From a virus (taxonomy: Duplodnaviria > Caudoviricetes): 54,064 nt of DNA. Numbering within the stretch: the stretch's first letter is position 1; every line of letters starts with the position of its first letter. The stretch is taken from the IMG/VR virus record IMGVR_UViG_3300042309_000278, positions 1 through 54,064 of that record, one strand, 5' to 3'. The translations under genes and the position numbers were made by a program. The notes beneath the pieces were generated by a model. That model saw only the letters and a program-made list of their open reading frames with translations. It had not been told where the DNA came from and made no database searches. Below, one piece after another: positions 40,057 to 49,260 of the stretch.

Positions 40057-41361
40057 TTAAATCTCAAAAACGTCAGGGATTCCTTTAATCAACGAATCCT
40101 TAGCCAACTCCAACGTGGTGTTGTATCCATCCTCCCTATTTATCTTGTGTTTCATGGAGGTGATGATGTATTTGCCACTCAAAAACATGTCTTCCCAATC
40201 CTTTTCATTGGTGTCAAGGAATCCTATTTTCGGTATCTCAAAATCGATGACATCCAACAGACGCAGTGTGGAGTTTCCATTTACGAGCAACGACAACTTA
40301 ATCGTGTTGAACTGCCGAAGTACACTTGCCCTAACAGGAAAATAATCCTGTGGAGCATCGTTGTCGATGATTGAATCTGTTCTCTTGGTTTGAACAGGCA
40401 TATAGTTCAAAAACCCAAGTTTTGCATTAGTTAGTTCTCTATCAGCAGAGGATATCAATTTATGCTCATTTAAGTGATATGTTCTGTCAAAAGAGTTGTG
40501 GTAATCATATTCGTAATACGACATCTTTTTAGTAGTGATGTCGTGAGTCATAAGATATCCCGAATACATCCCCGTCTTATATTCCATCAATCTATCAAAA
40601 TACGAAGACACATTGTAATCTTGTACTTTTTCAAGATATCGATTTACGTTGGAGGTGTTTACAGAATTGTTAGGCTCGTAACGATACGTCATTACTGGCG
40701 GTAAAATAGACCTACCAACTATGTCTGCAAAATGAAACCCATCAACGTCCTCATAGAAGACAAAGCATGATGGACCTCTACCATTTGACGGACCTGGAGT
40801 AAAGGCTCTCTTCGCTAACCAGTTGATTGAATTGATTGGTGTCCAGTATGGAAATATAAACTGAAAAGACTTGTTGTTTGTTTCATCTATACTGATACCG
40901 ATAGAACCTTTGAAGTTTTCATCAAATATTTCTTTGGCTATTTTACCTATCGATCCTTTTTTAGAACACGATATCTTTCTCTTGTTATTATCATATTGAA
41001 CAACACTGATAAACTTCATTTTGCACGTTTCAGACTTCTCGTTGGTGGTTCTTGATTTGCCGAAAATGGCAAAAATCCTGGCAACTATGTCAACAGTATC
41101 TTTTGCACCTTTTGTTCGATATGAAATTTCAATTATTTCATTCCCAACAAGTGGAATAGTTTCAGAGTAGTTTAGGGTATCAACTATCGTCAACTCACCA
41201 ATCATTTTGGTATCAAAGATGGTTTCGTAAATAACAACCTCAACAAACTGCGGCAGCAAGTTTATAGGGTCGCCACCTTTAGTAGATGTGATCTGTAACT
41301 TGAGTATCTCAAAGTCATTTTGCTTTATATAAGCATTTTCTTCTTTTGCGATATTAGGCAT
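40057..41361 (-). CDS. Baseplate hub protein (gp27-like)
   Basis: IYETIF, FVFYEDVDGFHF and LSGKYIITSMKHKI; lies between gp53 and gp5. Confidence 0.75.
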   Translation of the reverse strand: MPNIAKEENAYIKQNDFEILKLQITSTKGGDPINLLPQFVEVVIYETIFDTKMIGELTIVDTLNYSETIPLVGNEIIEISYRTKGAKDTVDIVARIFAIFGKSRTTNEKSETCKMKFISVVQYDNNKRKISCSKKGSIGKIAKEIFDENFKGSIGISIDETNNKSFQFIFPYWTPINSINWLAKRAFTPGPSNGRGPSCFVFYEDVDGFHFADIVGRSILPPVMTYRYEPNNSVNTSNVNRYLEKVQDYNVSSYFDRLMEYKTGMYSGYLMTHDITTKKMSYYEYDYHNSFDRTYHLNEHKLISSADRELTNAKLGFLNYMPVQTKRTDSIIDNDAPQDYFPVRASVLRQFNTIKLSLLVNGNSTLRLLDVIDFEIPKIGFLDTNEKDWEDMFLSGKYIITSMKHKINREDGYNTTLELAKDSLIKGIPDVFEI

Positions 41362-42223
41362 TTCTCAAAAAGTTCTCCACGTCTCTGTTTACATCTCTGA
41401 GATATCTACCATCAACAAGAACTATATTTCGCTTCTCATCATTTTGTGATATCTCGTAGTCTCTATTTGTAACAAGTTCATTGGCATAGTCTTCCAAGAC
41501 GTAACGTCCAAGTGGGGTTGCCCCGAAAGTAAACCCAAAACTTGAGGTGGACAAAAACTCACCATGAAGAGATGATGGAACTCTTGGATCAAGTATTTCA
41601 CCATCCGAGTTTTCAAAGTGGTGTGCTGCATATGGTGACTCTATCACTTTTCCTATTCTGGCAACGTAATAAGTTGTAACACCCAACGCATTGGTGTTTG
41701 CACCAGCAATGTAGTCTCCTTCAGCGGGAATCCACGCGGTCTTCTGTGTGAAGTCCATCACCAAACGACAATACTGAGGATCGTATTCTACGACTCTTGC
41801 ATTCATCAAGGAACTTTGAATAGATGGCTGTAGGCTTGCATTGGTTTGCGTGGTTGCATAGACAATGTCATTCGTTCTAAAAGAACCTTCAAAGGCTTTT
41901 GTTCCACCGACATCGGTGAGAAACAACGTGTAGCCGGGATATTTTTCGTTGACGTAGTTATCCAAAGAATTTGATGATAAAACCCAATCGTAGTATGGAT
42001 TGATTAGATTATTAAGACTCATCACCACCCAATTCATATTGGAGTCTTTGTAGACACGATCTGCCAAAACTTCTAAACGATCTGTGTCGTTTATAGTCAC
42101 ATTGATTGGGTATGCCCCCTCATCAATTACGGTTTGTTCTACCTTAAAACGAACCGTGATGTCGGACATCTCACGATAGCCATATGGAGTGATGTAGTTT
42201 ACTCTTGGTAGTTTATCGTACAT
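41354..42223 (-). CDS. gp53: Baseplate wedge protein
   Basis: RLEVLADRVYKDSNMNWVV...INPYYDW, HHFE and TNRDYE..NDEKRNI. Confidence 0.88.
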   Translation of the reverse strand: MYDKLPRVNYITPYGYREMSDITVRFKVEQTVIDEGAYPINVTINDTDRLEVLADRVYKDSNMNWVVMSLNNLINPYYDWVLSSNSLDNYVNEKYPGYTLFLTDVGGTKAFEGSFRTNDIVYATTQTNASLQPSIQSSLMNARVVEYDPQYCRLVMDFTQKTAWIPAEGDYIAGANTNALGVTTYYVARIGKVIESPYAAHHFENSDGEILDPRVPSSLHGEFLSTSSFGFTFGATPLGRYVLEDYANELVTNRDYEISQNDEKRNIVLVDGRYLRDVNRDVENFLRNA

Positions 42224-42224
42224 T

Positions 42225-43763
42225 TTAGTATCCGTGTACTATGTGTTCGTTTGTCAACTGTTCCATTTCTTGGAATCCAAGTTCAAGACGAATGAATGCT
42301 GGCTTTGAATCGGTGAAGGTCTTAAAATCACCAGCAGCAGCATAATCCACATTTATTGATTGGAGTGCGAGTCTTGGTAGTTTTGGTAGGTTGTCGTTTA
42401 TCACAATCATCCCGCTTGGTTCTTCGATTGTAAAAAACGACATCTCAAACTCCGCTGGAAATGTGAAGAAGTGTCCACCACCACCCTGAAGACCAGGATA
42501 AGCATGATATCGAAGCATTCGTATGATATTAAGAACCGTCTCCGCTTCCTTTTCATTTCGTGGGGCGAAATCGAAGGTGAAGTTGTGGCTACGAGTTCCG
42601 ACATCACGGAACATCATTTCCCTTCTAGGATTCTGAACTGTTCTTTGTTGTGCTGCTCGTATAGCACCCGCATTGACTTCCTGTAAATTCTCACCAACAC
42701 CAAAAGGTATTTTTCCTGCTATAGAACTAATTGCATCAGAAATTCCTTTTCGCCCAACTTTTTCAATCGCAGCAGATACGGCTCCTCTTTTTCCAGTTAG
42801 TGCATCTAACACCATTTTAGAAGTTCCCATCTCTTCTTCGGAATATATCAACTGATCATTTATAGAAAACTTTTGTGGCATGTAAAGGCATATGGTGTCT
42901 TTAGACTTCACATTTGCGTTATTGAAACGTCGGTTTGCCAAAAGTATATTTTGTTCTTCGCGCGGGCGATTGACTGCTCTACCCGAAGCACCTCTACGAT
43001 TATAGTTTCTTGGATTTTTGTTTGCTTCTGCAAGGTTGTCTCTGAGAGATGCTTCCCCATAACTAGCAACAAATTTCGTGGTGTTCAGTAAGCCTTCTGT
43101 TACAAAATTCCATGTTGACTCTATTATTCCAGCGTCACCAGCACCTTGAATAACTCTATCATTTGAACCTATGTTTTCATCCGATGTTAATCCTAAAGAT
43201 CTTAAACCTTCTGATGAGAAAATTGCTTTGGAGTACCTATCTGCTTGTGCTTGTGAGTAGCCAGCCTGAATGAGAGTATTATACGTTGCTGTCTCATTAT
43301 CGCCAATCAACCAGCCCTGTCTAGCCTCACCCGCAGACTGATTTCCGCCTTTAGCCAAAATGGAACTTGTTACTTGATTGTATTCTCTGGTTGAGAGACG
43401 AACTTCATCGGATGTTCCTTGATAAATATTAAGTGTGATGAAGTGTCTAAATCTTCGATTCTTACCCAACTCTTGTGGGTATACGAGAAATGATGGGATT
43501 CCAAGTATTGCGTTTTGTTGGTCTGGATCTATTTGAATGCGACCATTTTCGTCGGCTCCACCAAACTCAGAACCCATGTTTCCTTGTGATGATGTTGCAT
43601 TGATGAGTTCTTCTAATGATCGATCACCAGGACGGTAATATGATGTCTTTTCTTTGGAGCGCGAGTTACCACCAGCCGCACCGAGTATGGGATACTCAAG
43701 TTGGTTTGGAATCGTTTGATTTTCTGTGTAATATAACTTCTCTATGTTCTTTCGTTCAGGCAT
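42225..43763 (-). CDS. gp48: Baseplate tail-tube cap
   Basis: ICLYMP, NPRREMMF...RSHNFTFDFAPRNEKEA and LELGFQEMEQLT. Confidence 0.85.
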   Translation of the reverse strand: MPERKNIEKLYYTENQTIPNQLEYPILGAAGGNSRSKEKTSYYRPGDRSLEELINATSSQGNMGSEFGGADENGRIQIDPDQQNAILGIPSFLVYPQELGKNRRFRHFITLNIYQGTSDEVRLSTREYNQVTSSILAKGGNQSAGEARQGWLIGDNETATYNTLIQAGYSQAQADRYSKAIFSSEGLRSLGLTSDENIGSNDRVIQGAGDAGIIESTWNFVTEGLLNTTKFVASYGEASLRDNLAEANKNPRNYNRRGASGRAVNRPREEQNILLANRRFNNANVKSKDTICLYMPQKFSINDQLIYSEEEMGTSKMVLDALTGKRGAVSAAIEKVGRKGISDAISSIAGKIPFGVGENLQEVNAGAIRAAQQRTVQNPRREMMFRDVGTRSHNFTFDFAPRNEKEAETVLNIIRMLRYHAYPGLQGGGGHFFTFPAEFEMSFFTIEEPSGMIVINDNLPKLPRLALQSINVDYAAAGDFKTFTDSKPAFIRLELGFQEMEQLTNEHIVHGY

Positions 43764-44222
43764 ATGGTTAACCGAGAAAACAAGTTCCTACAGGGCGTAT
43801 TCAGTCCAAAGAACCCCAAGAAGTATAGGGGTGATCCCACAAAGATTATGTATAGGAGTTCGTGGGAGAGAAAGTTTATGGACTATTGCGATTTGAAGGA
43901 ATCCATCGTTGAGTGGTCGAGCGAATCAACAATCATTCCATACCACTACGACCTCGACGGAAAGACCCATCGATATTTCATAGACTTCAAGATTGTCGTG
44001 CGAGAGAAGAACGACATTCTACAAACGTATCTGGTTGAGATAAAACCAAAGAAACAAACTCAGCCACCAAAGCAGCCGAAGAGAAAAACCAAAACTTACA
44101 TGTATGAGTCTTTTCAGTACGTCAAAAACCAAAATAAATGGGATGCTGCAAAAAAGTATGCAGAAGTCAGAGGGTGGAAGTTCATTGTCTTGACTGAAAC
44201 AGATCTTGGAATCAAAAACTAA
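43764..44222 (+). CDS. gp4: Head completion nuclease
   Basis: PKNPKKYRGD...YRSSWE, HRYFIDF, VEIKPKKQT and NQNKW. Confidence 0.93.
   Translation: MVNRENKFLQGVFSPKNPKKYRGDPTKIMYRSSWERKFMDYCDLKESIVEWSSESTIIPYHYDLDGKTHRYFIDFKIVVREKNDILQTYLVEIKPKKQTQPPKQPKRKTKTYMYESFQYVKNQNKWDAAKKYAEVRGWKFIVLTETDLGIKN
43847..43854 (-). promoter_or_regulatory. Late promoter variant TATACATA inside gp4, pointing into the gp48 operon
   Basis: Same octamer as at 281 and 52310; about 84 nt upstream of the gp48 ATG; there is no intergenic space for a promoter. Confidence 0.5.
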
Positions 44223-44905
44223 TGCAAAATCAAAACGAGCCAATGACCCTCAAAGTAATCTTTGAGCAACTTCAGGCAATGAAGGACGAGGATTTGGATT
44301 CTCCAACGGAAGACCAAGAAGTAGCATCATTGCGGTGGTATGAGCAATACACAGTAGAAGCATACCGAGAAATAACAGAGACGAGTGAGCGATCATACAA
44401 AGACAAACAGCGAATTTTGCAAAACAGTATACCCGAATACTATACACCAATTCAAAAAGCGGGAACCATGTGGTCTTTCTTATATGAAGCAGACAGCGAC
44501 CGTCTTCAGTACTGGGACAGGATTCCGTTAGTCTTGAGAATGATCGACAACAAAGATGATACCAACACTTTCATGGGGATGAATCTTCACTATCTCTATC
44601 CCCGTTACAGAAAGATTTTGCTTTTGAGTTTGTTGCGGCGAGTTACGGGTGATTTGGAAAATGAAAATGCCAGAATAACTAAACTGAATAGTACATCGCT
44701 GTTCAAATTTCCTGATAAATATGGAAGAGCCTGTATTCGTCGCTACAAATACGACAACATTCGAAGAAAACCTATTCGTATACCACCAGAACACTGGCTC
44801 AAAATGATTTACCTACCAACATATCACTTTGTTGGCGGAAGACCTAATAAGGTGTGGGCAAAGACTTATGAAACAATGAAGAAGATGGGATTAACAAAAA
44901 GGTAA
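44222..44905 (+). CDS. gp2: DNA end protector protein
   Basis: LQYWDRIPLV, FMGMNLHYL, CIRRY and W...YLP; follows gp4. Confidence 0.85.
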   Translation: MQNQNEPMTLKVIFEQLQAMKDEDLDSPTEDQEVASLRWYEQYTVEAYREITETSERSYKDKQRILQNSIPEYYTPIQKAGTMWSFLYEADSDRLQYWDRIPLVLRMIDNKDDTNTFMGMNLHYLYPRYRKILLLSLLRRVTGDLENENARITKLNSTSLFKFPDKYGRACIRRYKYDNIRRKPIRIPPEHWLKMIYLPTYHFVGGRPNKVWAKTYETMKKMGLTKR

Positions 44906-44908
44906 TCG

Positions 44909-45847
44909 ATGACGCAGTTTCAAGGAACCAACAACCCCAACCCACTATACGTTCCACCCGATCTAGCAGCAAAAAGCGCACAACAGGCTCTAGAAGATTT
45001 GGGTCTTCGTGGTTCTTCTATTCAAGACTCAAATCCTATCACAAACTCAATCGAATCGCAGATTGCCCAAACCAACGCTAGAATCGAAAAGTTTTACGAC
45101 GATCTCATCAATGAAACTGGTGGTATGAAATACCGCGATCCGCTGACGAGTAATATCTCGCGACAGATGGCACATATTGCGGATATGAACTTTTACTCAA
45201 GACCAACGAGGTTCTATTTTGAAATCGAAGGTCTTGGCTGGGCGCAAAACGAAAGACTTGTTCGCAATTGTCAAAACACAGTAATGCCTGGTCGTGCATT
45301 GCAAACACAGCCACTAAAAATCTACGGACCACCTGTAGAGTATGCATATGAAGCAAACTATGCAAATGAGTTGCAAATGACATTTCGCGTAGGCGAAGAT
45401 CTATTCGAACGAGATTTCTTCGAAGGTTGGATGGGATCTGTGTATTCGCCAATGACAGGCGATCTTCTCTACCCAGACACTTACATGACAAACATGCGAA
45501 TCTACCAACTCGACCGAAGAGATCTCAAAGTCTACTGCACAGAACTATACAATGTGTTCTGCAAGAACATATCTGACATAGAACTGTCAACTGATGCAAC
45601 GGATCAAATCACGACGATAAACGTCACTCTTGCTTATTCCGAGTATCAAGTTGTTGGCAAGAGAAATTTCCCATACTATGTCAGAAAAGATCGCGGAGAA
45701 ACCGAAGAAACAACCACGATTCGATCCAAAATTCAAGATTCTATATCTCAAGCAGAAAAAGTACACCAAGTCCGTCTTGATCGTGGTGTCCAACGTGCTG
45801 GTGATATTCGAAATGAAGTTCGAGAAGCATTGAATCGAAATAATTGA
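44909..45847 (+). CDS. gp54: Baseplate tail-tube initiator (gp19-like fold)
   Basis: SRPTRF, MPGR, ERDFFEGW, IYQLD and VTLAYSEY. Confidence 0.75.
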   Translation: MTQFQGTNNPNPLYVPPDLAAKSAQQALEDLGLRGSSIQDSNPITNSIESQIAQTNARIEKFYDDLINETGGMKYRDPLTSNISRQMAHIADMNFYSRPTRFYFEIEGLGWAQNERLVRNCQNTVMPGRALQTQPLKIYGPPVEYAYEANYANELQMTFRVGEDLFERDFFEGWMGSVYSPMTGDLLYPDTYMTNMRIYQLDRRDLKVYCTELYNVFCKNISDIELSTDATDQITTINVTLAYSEYQVVGKRNFPYYVRKDRGETEETTTIRSKIQDSISQAEKVHQVRLDRGVQRAGDIRNEVREALNRNN

Positions 45848-45871
45848 TTGACCCTTTCAACAATGGAGTAA

Positions 45872-46576
45872 ATGATGTCACTACCAACACTTGGAATACC
45901 AAAATACAGAGTAACAATACCTTCTACGAAGAAAGAAACGACATTTAGACCGTTTCTAGTCAAAGAACAGAAGGTTCTCTACATGGCTCTTGAGAGTCAA
46001 GATGATAAGCAGATACTTGATGCCATGTGCAACATCATACAATCATGCGTTGATGGTATTTCAAGCATATCAAAGATGCCAATGTTTGACATTGAATACC
46101 TGTTCACCAAAATCAGAGCAAAGTCTGTGGGTGAAATTGTCGAAGTGAAGGCTAAATGCCCTCAATGCCAAAAATCGAATGAACTTTCGATCAATTTGGA
46201 TGAGGTTGAAGTCCAATTCCCCGAATCCATATCAAACAAAATCATGATAAGCGACAAAGTCGGCATTGTCATTCGATATCCATGCATCACCGATGCTCGC
46301 TCCAATCTAAACAACATGAGCGTCGAGGAAGTTTTGCACTTTGTGGCTAATTCGATTGAGACTGTCTTCGACGAAGACAACGTATACACAAGAAAAGACT
46401 TCACCGACGAGGAAATCCAAAAGTTTGTCGAGTCCATGACGAACAATCAGTTTGAACTCATTGGAAAATTCTATACCAATCTTCCAGAAATGAAAAAGGA
46501 TGTGGAATGTCATTGCATTGGATGCCAAAATGACTTCAAAGCATCGTTTACTGGGCTACAAGATTTTTTTACATAA
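45872..46576 (+). CDS. gp26: Baseplate hub assembly protein
   Basis: LP...PKY, FRPFLVKEQK, FDIEYLFTKIRAKSVGE, CxxC motifs and GLQDFF. Confidence 0.92.
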   Translation: MMSLPTLGIPKYRVTIPSTKKETTFRPFLVKEQKVLYMALESQDDKQILDAMCNIIQSCVDGISSISKMPMFDIEYLFTKIRAKSVGEIVEVKAKCPQCQKSNELSINLDEVEVQFPESISNKIMISDKVGIVIRYPCITDARSNLNNMSVEEVLHFVANSIETVFDEDNVYTRKDFTDEEIQKFVESMTNNQFELIGKFYTNLPEMKKDVECHCIGCQNDFKASFTGLQDFFT

Positions 46577-46767
46577 TGCTCTGTCACGATAGTCTTGGGA
46601 ATCTGTATAACACAAATTTTGCGTTGATGCAGCACCACAAGTATTCGCTGACAGAGTTGGAAAATATGATCCCTTGGGAAAGAGAAGTATATGTAAATAT
46701 GGTTGTGAAGTTTATAAAGGATGAAAATGAACGACTAAAGCAACAGCAGTTACAAACGAGCAGATAA
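46576..46767 (+). CDS. gp51: Baseplate hub assembly catalyst
   Basis: YNTNFALMQHHKYSLTELENMIPWEREVY. Confidence 0.92.
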   Translation: MLCHDSLGNLYNTNFALMQHHKYSLTELENMIPWEREVYVNMVVKFIKDENERLKQQQLQTSR

Positions 46768-48432
46768 ATGGCACTACCAAATCCAGGTTCAGCACCACAA
46801 ACAACACCACCAATCGACAATAGCATACGAGAAGCCATTTCGACGGGTATCAAGGCTGGTTTGTTGACCACACAGAGCAGGATATTTTCTAAAGTTCCAA
46901 GAATTCTTGGTGGTGGTATTTTTGCGGAGAGAGCAGAAGAGAAGCGACGAGAACTTTATGCAAGTCAAGGTCGCGATGTCTTGACTGGTAGAAAACTCAC
47001 CAAAGAAGAGATCGAAGAACGAGAACGTCGTAAGATGTCACAAGATGCGATGGGTGAGATCAACGAAAATGTTGATCTGATTCGCATATTACTTGAAAAG
47101 AATTTTGGTAAACCATCAGCCACAGCACTTCCTGCGTTGGGATTGGCAGGAATGCCGAATATTCTTACGCCGAAGAAAGATACAAGACCTTACGAGTTAG
47201 CAGATGACTCTGGTGGAATAAATCTTGCTCAAGAAGAACAGAAGATAGAGCAGCAAAAGGCAGACAAAGAAGTACAACTTGAGGTTCAAGAAAAAGATCA
47301 TTCATTCACGGAAAAACTTTTTGAGAAGTATTTCGGTAAGTCAAACATAGACAGATCCAAAGCAGGAGCAGAAGCAAAGGCTGGTGGTGGATTACTTAGC
47401 AAACTCGCTGGTGTCATAGACACATTTGCTGATTTGAAAACCTTGGGTATCATCGGCAAAGGTAGTAGGCTTGGGAAGATCGGTAGTGCCGTGGCTCGCG
47501 GTGGAATGGGTCTTGTTAGTGGTGCAGGAAGAATGATTGGTGGTGTTGCAAGAGGAGCAGTAAATCTTGGTGTAAAAGCGGCGGGTGCTGTTACAGGTGC
47601 AGTATCGGGAGCAGCAGCAGCGGGTGGCGGATTCCTTTCCAACATATGGGGTTCTGTGAAGAACATGGGTGGAAAGATTGCAGACACAGCAGGGAAATTT
47701 AAAGGTCTTGCGGGTGGAATTTCTGGTCTTGGAAAGATGGTGATTGGTGCAATCGGTCCTGTGATCGAATCTGTACTTTCATACCAAGACATAAATTCCA
47801 TCAAAAGCGACCCATCTCTTTCCGCGCAAGAAAAGAAAGATCAGATTGGGGAGAGAATTGGAAAAGCCATCGGTTCTATACTTGGTGGTGTTGGTTCAAT
47901 GGCACTTTTAGGTCCAGTCGGACCTGTAGTTACAACTGCACTTGATGCTTTTGGAGTTGGACCTGGTGCGCTTGGAGAATTCCTTGCAGAGAAACTTGGT
48001 GGCAAAAAGATCTACGACATAGCATCTGAAATTCCTGGTTTGGGTTTCATGAAAGTCGATGAGACAGCACCCCCAACAAAAGAAACTCTACCAGCAGAAG
48101 GGCAACTACAAACAAACACCCCATTCGAATCACCAGAAGACTACAACAAGTTTGGTATGAATTCGGGAATGCAAACTCCTGCATTAACTCCAACGCAAGT
48201 AGCCACCGCAGTTCCAAACATGACACCAACTTCTGCTGCGACATTGGGCAATCTTCAAGTTGAAAGTTCTGCTTTGAAGTCTGCACCTCAAATAATGCCA
48301 CCTGTTGTTGTTCCAACAAACAATGCGGTTGTGAACAACACCAACAATGTATCTTGGATGTCATCGCTGACACCAACGAGATCGGGTGCGGATCTTGATG
48401 AGAAAGTATTCAGACTTGGTCTTGCATTCTGA
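46768..48432 (+). CDS. Tape measure/baseplate hub protein (gp29-like)
   Basis: Follows gp51; helical and Gly/Ala-rich hydrophobic middle; C-terminal PVVVPTNNAVVNNTNN; 554 aa. Confidence 0.7.
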   Translation: MALPNPGSAPQTTPPIDNSIREAISTGIKAGLLTTQSRIFSKVPRILGGGIFAERAEEKRRELYASQGRDVLTGRKLTKEEIEERERRKMSQDAMGEINENVDLIRILLEKNFGKPSATALPALGLAGMPNILTPKKDTRPYELADDSGGINLAQEEQKIEQQKADKEVQLEVQEKDHSFTEKLFEKYFGKSNIDRSKAGAEAKAGGGLLSKLAGVIDTFADLKTLGIIGKGSRLGKIGSAVARGGMGLVSGAGRMIGGVARGAVNLGVKAAGAVTGAVSGAAAAGGGFLSNIWGSVKNMGGKIADTAGKFKGLAGGISGLGKMVIGAIGPVIESVLSYQDINSIKSDPSLSAQEKKDQIGERIGKAIGSILGGVGSMALLGPVGPVVTTALDAFGVGPGALGEFLAEKLGGKKIYDIASEIPGLGFMKVDETAPPTKETLPAEGQLQTNTPFESPEDYNKFGMNSGMQTPALTPTQVATAVPNMTPTSAATLGNLQVESSALKSAPQIMPPVVVPTNNAVVNNTNNVSWMSSLTPTRSGADLDEKVFRLGLAF

Positions 48433-48832
48433 GTTTGTTGAATAGTTTCATATCAAACTCATGTATGCCGTCATCCATTGTGTAGAAGATCTTATCGAAA
48501 CACTTCACACACCACGGCATACACTTCGGACAAGGGCGTGAGATACGCATCTGTCCGTGGCTGTTGAACCGAAAGTTCCACAGTTCAAGACCTTCGCGCT
48601 TGTCACACTTCAAGAACGCATCAAGTTCTGAATGCACCTCGCCAAAGAGATATCCGTGCTTAACGGCAAGAGGGTGTGTCTTGAAACGATTGATGCCAAC
48701 GGCAAGGATTCGATTCTTGTGTAGGATGATGCTGCAATGCCTCTTCCTACGGGGGATCTCAAGACACTTTGCATAGGCAAAGTCGATCAACTTGCGGTGT
48801 TTTTCGGGATCTATCATAATAAAGATTTTCAT
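48410..48832 (-). CDS. Zn-dependent deaminase of the cytidine/dCMP/TadA superfamily
   Basis: VHSELDA (HxE) and RPCPKC (PCxxC) Zn motifs, plus AVGIN. ATAAATA and AGGAG upstream. The start may be 48817. Confidence 0.85.
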   Translation of the reverse strand: MKIFIMIDPEKHRKLIDFAYAKCLEIPRRKRHCSIILHKNRILAVGINRFKTHPLAVKHGYLFGEVHSELDAFLKCDKREGLELWNFRFNSHGQMRISRPCPKCMPWCVKCFDKIFYTMDDGIHEFDMKLFNKLRMQDQV

Positions 48833-48848
48833 CCAATCCCGACACTCC

Positions 48849-48855
48849 TATTTAT
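48849..48855 (-). promoter_or_regulatory. Late promoter ATAAATA upstream of the deaminase
   Basis: Exact core motif immediately followed by AGGAG. Confidence 0.6.
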
Positions 48856-48876
48856 GGAGATGTCTGAGACTCATCT

Positions 48877-48908
48877 AAAAACATTCTATTCGAATTCAAA
48901 AGAATGTT
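48877..48908 (-). terminator. Possible intrinsic terminator
   Basis: AACATTCT...AGAATGTT inverted repeat followed by T residues on the minus strand, at the end of the small membrane ORF. Confidence 0.35.
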
Positions 48909-49021
48909 ATTGTTGCTTTTGCGAGTGCTGCGAGAATCAACATCGTGAAGGTAAATATCGCTAGCACCTTGGCAACACCTAGTGCTATCATTGCCGAATC
49001 ATCATCGTCTTCCTGTTTCAT
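48896..49021 (-). CDS. Small single-TM protein, probably leaderless
   Basis: MKQEDDDDSAMIALGVAKVLAIFTFTMLILAALAKATITFF; the ATG is 7 nt after a -10 box. Confidence 0.55.
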   Translation of the reverse strand: MKQEDDDDSAMIALGVAKVLAIFTFTMLILAALAKATITFF

Positions 49022-49028
49022 ATTCATC

Positions 49029-49057
49029 AACATACCCCCATATAATGTATGGGTCAA
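49029..49057 (-). promoter_or_regulatory. Sigma70-type early promoter TTGACC-N17-TATGTT
   Basis: Read directly on the minus strand. Confidence 0.55.
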
Positions 49058-49138
49058 GCAACACCGTGAATCAAATCTTTGAATCATTTGATTCTGAATC
49101 GATTCACGCGAGATAAAAACATTCTTTCTCTCACTTCC

Positions 49139-49166
49139 TTGACTTCCCTAAAGTAGACGCTACTCT
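49139..49166 (+). promoter_or_regulatory. Sigma70-type early promoter TTGACT-N16-TACTCT
   Basis: At the head of the plus-strand accessory operon; ATG 7 nt downstream. Confidence 0.55.
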
Positions 49167-49173
49167 TGTGTCG

Positions 49174-49260
49174 ATGAAGGTCATGGTGTCCTTCAGAGCG
49201 CAACTTGTTGAGGGAAGGACTCCTCGACGTATAGATATAGGAAGATTGGTGGCTTTGTGA
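49174..49260 (+). CDS. Putative leaderless 28-aa peptide
   Basis: MKVMVSFRAQLVEGRTPRRIDIGRLVAL; its stop codon overlaps the GTG of the next ORF (GTGA). Confidence 0.4.
   Translation: MKVMVSFRAQLVEGRTPRRIDIGRLVAL

Noticed and set aside
2926-43763. Extracellular contractile injection system or T6SS interpretation of the double sheath, PAAR and baseplate
   Set aside because: Portal, terminase, prohead protease, neck genes and tRNAs show this is a complete phage.
45848-45874. Sigma70 promoter upstream of gp26 (TTGACC...TAAATG)
   Set aside because: The spacer is only 15 nt and the -10 match is poor.
48430-48461. Terminator hairpin TGAGTTTG...CAAACTCA after the gp29-like gene
   Set aside because: It has no U tract and lies within the deaminase coding end; plausible but unsupported.
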